Origin: a virus | Taxonomy: Duplodnaviria; Caudoviricetes | Direction: 5' to 3' (one strand) | DNA: 47,941 bases | IMG/VR virus record: IMGVR_UViG_3300031707_000029 | Span: 1 to 47,941 of that record | Shown here: positions 44,502 to 47,941 of the stretch, piece after piece | Numbering within the stretch: the stretch's first letter is position 1 | How the letters are laid out: each line of letters opens with the position of its first letter | Notes under the pieces: model-generated | What the model was told of the DNA's origin: nothing | Seen by the model: only the letters and a program-made list of their open reading frames with translations | The model's database searches: none | Made by a program: the position numbers and the translations under genes

Positions 44502-44714
44502 TTAGATGGCGGCCCGGGCGTCTTCGACTTCCAATCCGTAGGCTTTGCGCAGGAGCACGCGGATCTCCGCACTAACCGTTCGGTCGGCAATCCGGGCCGA
44601 GTCCTCGAGCCTGACAAGAAGGGGCCCGTCGATTTTAAAAGCGATGACTTTGGAGCCCCTGACGGCGATCGGGACTTCGGACGTTTGGGCTTCCGGCTGC
44701 TTCGACTTCTTCAA
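44502..44714 (-). CDS. Arc/Mnt-like ribbon-helix-helix repressor (70 aa)
   Basis: TTG start with AAAGGAG RBS just downstream of a consensus promoter; VIAFKIDGPLLVRLEDSARIADRTVSAEIRVLL. Confidence 0.8.
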   Translation of the reverse strand: MKKSKQPEAQTSEVPIAVRGSKVIAFKIDGPLLVRLEDSARIADRTVSAEIRVLLRKAYGLEVEDARAAI

Positions 44715-44735
44715 TTCGGATCTCCTTTCGTCCGT

Positions 44736-44764
44736 ATTATAGATTCCGAAGGGATTAAAATCAA
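44736..44764 (-). promoter_or_regulatory. Leftward early promoter
   Basis: TTGATT-17 nt-TATAAT. Confidence 0.85.
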
Positions 44765-44914
44765 TATAAATTTTTATGCCTTCCTTATACCTATCCGCGT
44801 AGAAATGCGGTGAAAAACCGATCGAATCCGACGGGCCGCACCAAATATTTCCAGATTTTTCCAAACCTTCAGATATTACGGGGATTTTTGACCCGCCGAA
44901 AATCCAAATTGTAG

Positions 44915-44943
44915 TTGCATTATATAAATGATTTATATACATT
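44915..44943 (+). promoter_or_regulatory. Rightward early promoter with palindromic operator
   Basis: TTGCAT-17 nt-TACATT; perfect inverted repeat TATATAAAT-G-ATTTATATA at 44921-44939 fills the spacer. Confidence 0.75.
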
Positions 44944-44949
44944 ATAAAG

Positions 44950-45326
44950 CATCTGCTGCCAACACACCGGCAGCGGCCCCTGACCCGGGTAGGTCAAGGG
45001 AAGGTTCCTTGAAGGGCTGCAAGGCTCAAGAAAGCAAGGTCGGTAGGGCGGCCGGACAAGACCCGGACAGCAGGCTCGGTAGTTTACCGCGCCGGGCTCG
45101 ATCAGGGCAACGAAGCCGGCGACCGAGGATCATAATCAGGTGACGGAGCGATCGGAGATGCCGGCGCCACTAGCACGAGCCCTCACAGGATGAGGGCGGG
45201 CGGCGAGAACGGCAAAAGAACGGCACGAGGATGCGCTCGCGGTACACGGTAATCGAAACGATCAAGGCAAGCGGAAGGGGGATCCTGGATACGAAGAGAC
45301 GGTAAACGGGATCCCTTTCTTTTCTC
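44950..45326 (+). ncRNA. Candidate structured leader/non-coding RNA (~380 nt)
   Basis: No credible ORF between the promoter and the first RBS; several hairpins; ends in a stem plus pyrimidine tract. Confidence 0.45.
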
Positions 45327-45358
45327 TGAATAGGTTTTACTCAAGGAGGTAAATCCAA

Positions 45359-45709
45359 ATGTCCAAACCTATCGTGAAGTTAGTCGGTGAGGATGGAAAC
45401 GCATTCTCGATTTTAGGTCGGTGCAGGACGGCCGCCCGGAAGGCCGGGATGCCGAAGGAACAGTTCGACGCCTTCATGGAAGAGGCGACGAGTGGCGATT
45501 ACAATCACCTGTTGGCCACGGTCATGAAGTACTTCGATGAGGAGTCCGAACGGTCGGAGGACGACGAGGAGGATGAGGACGAAGGGGGCGAGCCCGACGA
45601 TTGCCAGAATTGTACGCATGGAACGAAGGGCGGCGGATGCACATTAAGCTCCGAAGACTTCGACGATGACGGCCTGGGCGGCGAATGCCCTAGCTACGAA
45701 GCGCGGTAA
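45359..45709 (+). CDS. Small early protein (GEDGNAF motif, acidic Cys-containing tail)
   Basis: AAGGAGGT RBS; LVGEDGNAFSILGR..SGDYNHLL. Confidence 0.8.
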   Translation: MSKPIVKLVGEDGNAFSILGRCRTAARKAGMPKEQFDAFMEEATSGDYNHLLATVMKYFDEESERSEDDEEDEDEGGEPDDCQNCTHGTKGGGCTLSSEDFDDDGLGGECPSYEAR

Positions 45710-45720
45710 GGAGAACGACC

Positions 45721-45915
45721 ATGCGAGCCGAAATATTCGAAGGCATGGAAAACGCGGCGACTCATTTCAACCGCACAAGCCGAACCGAACGGAGACTCAC
45801 CCGGTTGACCTCGGAGCTCCGAACGGCCATCCATCGCGGCGAGAACGCCGATGAGGTCCGGCGGCAGATCGACATCACTTTCAAACGCCTCTGGCGGCTG
45901 CGGATGAAGGGCTGA
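45721..45915 (+). CDS. Hypothetical protein
   Basis: 64 aa, AAGGAG RBS. Confidence 0.65.
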   Translation: MRAEIFEGMENAATHFNRTSRTERRLTRLTSELRTAIHRGENADEVRRQIDITFKRLWRLRMKG

Positions 45916-45928
45916 AGGCGAAAGGAGA

Positions 45929-46276
45929 ATGGACGTGGGAACTATGAATCCGTTGGCAGCGTTATTTTGTGTGGCTCGGACGGCGAGCGAATTCGAGCGG
46001 GAGAACCTTCTCAACGACGCGGACGCATTCCTGGCCGTCGCTCGGACGACCAAAGGGTCGGTTCTTTTGACACCGGCCGGCCGCACCTTCGTTGAAGAGT
46101 CCTTGGCGATCGGATGCCAAATCGTCGAATTCGACCATTATCCGAAAGCGGAAGGGATGGGTGGCGAGCGGATCCACTTTTGGATGAACCGTTCATCGGT
46201 CGAGTTTCTGTTGGAAAAGATAGCGGCCGAGAAAGACCGCGTCGTCGCCGTCGAGAAAATCTTGACGGTTTATTAA
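45929..46276 (+). CDS. Hypothetical protein
   Basis: 115 aa, AAGGAG RBS. Confidence 0.65.
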   Translation: MDVGTMNPLAALFCVARTASEFERENLLNDADAFLAVARTTKGSVLLTPAGRTFVEESLAIGCQIVEFDHYPKAEGMGGERIHFWMNRSSVEFLLEKIAAEKDRVVAVEKILTVY

Positions 46277-46289
46277 AAGGAGAAAGAAC

Positions 46290-46790
46290 GTGAAATTCCG
46301 AAAGATGGAGGAAATGGGCAAAGAGGAGGAGATCCAACTGTGGCACTCGTTCATGGACGCCCTCCCCGAACAGAGTTACCTTAAGCCCCTTCTGACCGGC
46401 CTCAGCCATTACATCGCCGGCGAGATCAGGAACGATACGGCGATTCCGATCATGGGACTCCTGACCGCCGAGACGATGGAGAAGAACGATCTCATCCGAG
46501 ATGTCGGAAGGCTGGAAGCCCGGATTGAGGGAATGGTAAAGGACGGGATCTCGCTCCAAGCCGAAATCATCACCCTTCGCGAACAGCGGGACAACCTTAA
46601 AAATGCCTACACGGACAGGGAGGACGAATTGGGACAAGAGCAGGATGCACATCTCCGGACGCGGAACCTGCTGGCGATGGCCAACCGCGAGATCGAGCGC
46701 CTCAAAGCCAAAAGGTTCGACGAGTTGTTGGACGAATTCGCGGCGATAAAGGCGCGGGAGCGGAAGGAAGAAAAAGGGGAAGGCCAATGA
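46290..46790 (+). CDS. Coiled-coil hypothetical protein
   Basis: AAGGAG RBS, GTG start. Confidence 0.7.
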   Translation: MKFRKMEEMGKEEEIQLWHSFMDALPEQSYLKPLLTGLSHYIAGEIRNDTAIPIMGLLTAETMEKNDLIRDVGRLEARIEGMVKDGISLQAEIITLREQRDNLKNAYTDREDELGQEQDAHLRTRNLLAMANREIERLKAKRFDELLDEFAAIKARERKEEKGEGQ

Positions 46791-47224
46791 AAGTCCTCGT
46801 ATCGACGCACAAGGACCAAGGCATCCGGCCCAGCGATTTCTGCTGGATTCCCGACGACGAGCTTGTGTTGTGGCCGACGGAATGCGATGCCGACGGGGAT
46901 GAGATCGACGGCGGCTGCGGCTGCCGGCGGTCGATGATCGGGATGGATTGCAAGAAGACGACGACGACCTTCACCGTTGCGGACGTGGATATGACGATCG
47001 ATGCCTACTTATGGAAACTAATCCAAAGTGAAAGGCAAATGGGCTTCATCAGCGAAACCCAAAGCGGGGCCTTCTTCGGCGATCTCAAAAAAACGATCCA
47101 AAGGGGCTTGGGCTTATTGAAAGTGGCTGAGCAGTATTCGATCAACGCGATCCTTGAACGGCGCGGTGGGGTCATCCAGGAACGGAAGAGGGGAAAAAGA
47201 CCGGGATGGATACCGCGGCCATGA
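46787..47224 (+). CDS. Conserved Cys-motif hypothetical protein
   Basis: MKVLVST..QG.R..DF.W...ELV..C.....DGGCGCRRSM.G. Confidence 0.7.
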   Translation: MKVLVSTHKDQGIRPSDFCWIPDDELVLWPTECDADGDEIDGGCGCRRSMIGMDCKKTTTTFTVADVDMTIDAYLWKLIQSERQMGFISETQSGAFFGDLKKTIQRGLGLLKVAEQYSINAILERRGGVIQERKRGKRPGWIPRP

Positions 47225-47556
47225 AGAGCTTCCTGGAGGAATTCAACCAACTCGTGATGGGTAGGCTATTTGGGGTCAAGGAAATCAAACGCGATCCGGT
47301 CCGTTTCTTCCCCAAAGGGCTCCGCTATCGCTACTACTCCGTCAAGCGCGGCAATCGGGAATGGAAGTACTGCTACTCCACCACCCGAAACGAAAACGGA
47401 AAATTCGCCTCCTGGGTCTACATGCCCAAAGGCAAGGGGCGGTGGACGGAGCGACGGTTCCGGCAACTGCGGAGCCGAACGAAGTCGAAGGCGCGGGCCA
47501 TGAAGTTGAGGGACGAATTCGATCGACGGAAGGAGAGGAAAAATGTCGAAGCATGA
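47206..47556 (+). CDS. Basic hypothetical protein
   Basis: 116-aa Arg/Lys-rich ORF coupled to its neighbours. Confidence 0.6.
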   Translation: MDTAAMKSFLEEFNQLVMGRLFGVKEIKRDPVRFFPKGLRYRYYSVKRGNREWKYCYSTTRNENGKFASWVYMPKGKGRWTERRFRQLRSRTKSKARAMKLRDEFDRRKERKNVEA

Positions 47557-47848
47557 TGAAGACCACACCGAAGAGGCCGACCGGCTGGAAGAAATCCACG
47601 ACGAGATGCAGGAGCTCCTTGGCGAGGCCAAGCAACTCATCCAACGTTTTGTCCATGTCCGGGCGCGGGCCGAGGCCTACTGGATCCCTCAGATCGCGAT
47701 GGCGCTGAGCAACGAGCACGACTACTTGGGCAGCGGTTCCTACACGTTGGCGGAGACCATCAAGGATCTCTGTGAAGATTCTGAATCCGAAGAGGAAGTG
47801 ACTGGACCCACTCCGAGCGAACAGCCGGGCGAAGGAGGAGGACAATGA
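47543..47848 (+). CDS. Acidic hypothetical protein
   Basis: 101 aa, strongly acidic; GAGG RBS. Confidence 0.65.
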   Translation: MSKHDEDHTEEADRLEEIHDEMQELLGEAKQLIQRFVHVRARAEAYWIPQIAMALSNEHDYLGSGSYTLAETIKDLCEDSESEEEVTGPTPSEQPGEGGGQ

Positions 47849-47941
47849 AATTCCTGGATGTCCGACCGGACCAATTCATGAAGGACGTCGCAACCTCGCT
47901 CGGCTACCGCGGCCGGAAATTCAAGCTCGAAGTGACAGGGA
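47845..47941 (+). CDS. Hypothetical protein, partial
   Basis: ATG overlaps the upstream stop, with GGAGGAGG RBS; MKFLDVRPDQF... is open to the window end. Confidence 0.55.
   Translation, partial: MKFLDVRPDQFMKDVATSLGYRGRKFKLEVTG

Noticed and set aside
44502-44942. 146-aa version of the repressor ORF
   Set aside because: The extension runs through both promoters. A TTG with AAAGGAG RBS at 44714 is the better start.
44950-45326. tRNA, tmRNA or RNase P identity for the long leader
   Set aside because: No T-loop/acceptor-stem ends or RNase P conserved motifs recognised. No tRNA was noticed elsewhere in the window.

Overview
A 48-kb section of a GC-rich tailed (siphovirus-like) phage or prophage genome. 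Almost everything from 44.7 kb leftwards is on the minus strand. An Arc-like repressor heads an early/middle operon (putative ssDNA annealase, Cas4-like exonuclease, replication initiator with internal iterons, MazG-like, DUF5131, ParB, RuvC-like). A late region follows, with lysis genes, a 7-deazaguanine DNA-modification cluster (queD, queE, folE, an orphan ORF, a QueC-radical SAM fusion, dpdA-like, ParB-N), terminase, PBSX-type portal, MuF, head genes, a glycosyltransferase/methyltransferase cassette inside the head-tail joining genes, and a non-contractile tail module with a -1 frameshifted chaperone. A divergent plus-strand unit at the right end has a ~380-nt structured leader and small unknown genes. 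The most striking feature is in the head module: four copies of a K-GGxGSGxFGHxG(xPGEVGGSG) peptide in three adjacent genes. Three copies directly precede a lower-GC enzymatic cargo (two ADP-ribosyltransferases, one HExxH metallopeptidase), and the prohead protease appears split over two genes. This suggests a modular, protease-released, capsid-delivered effector system. All calls come from reading motifs by eye; no database searches were run.
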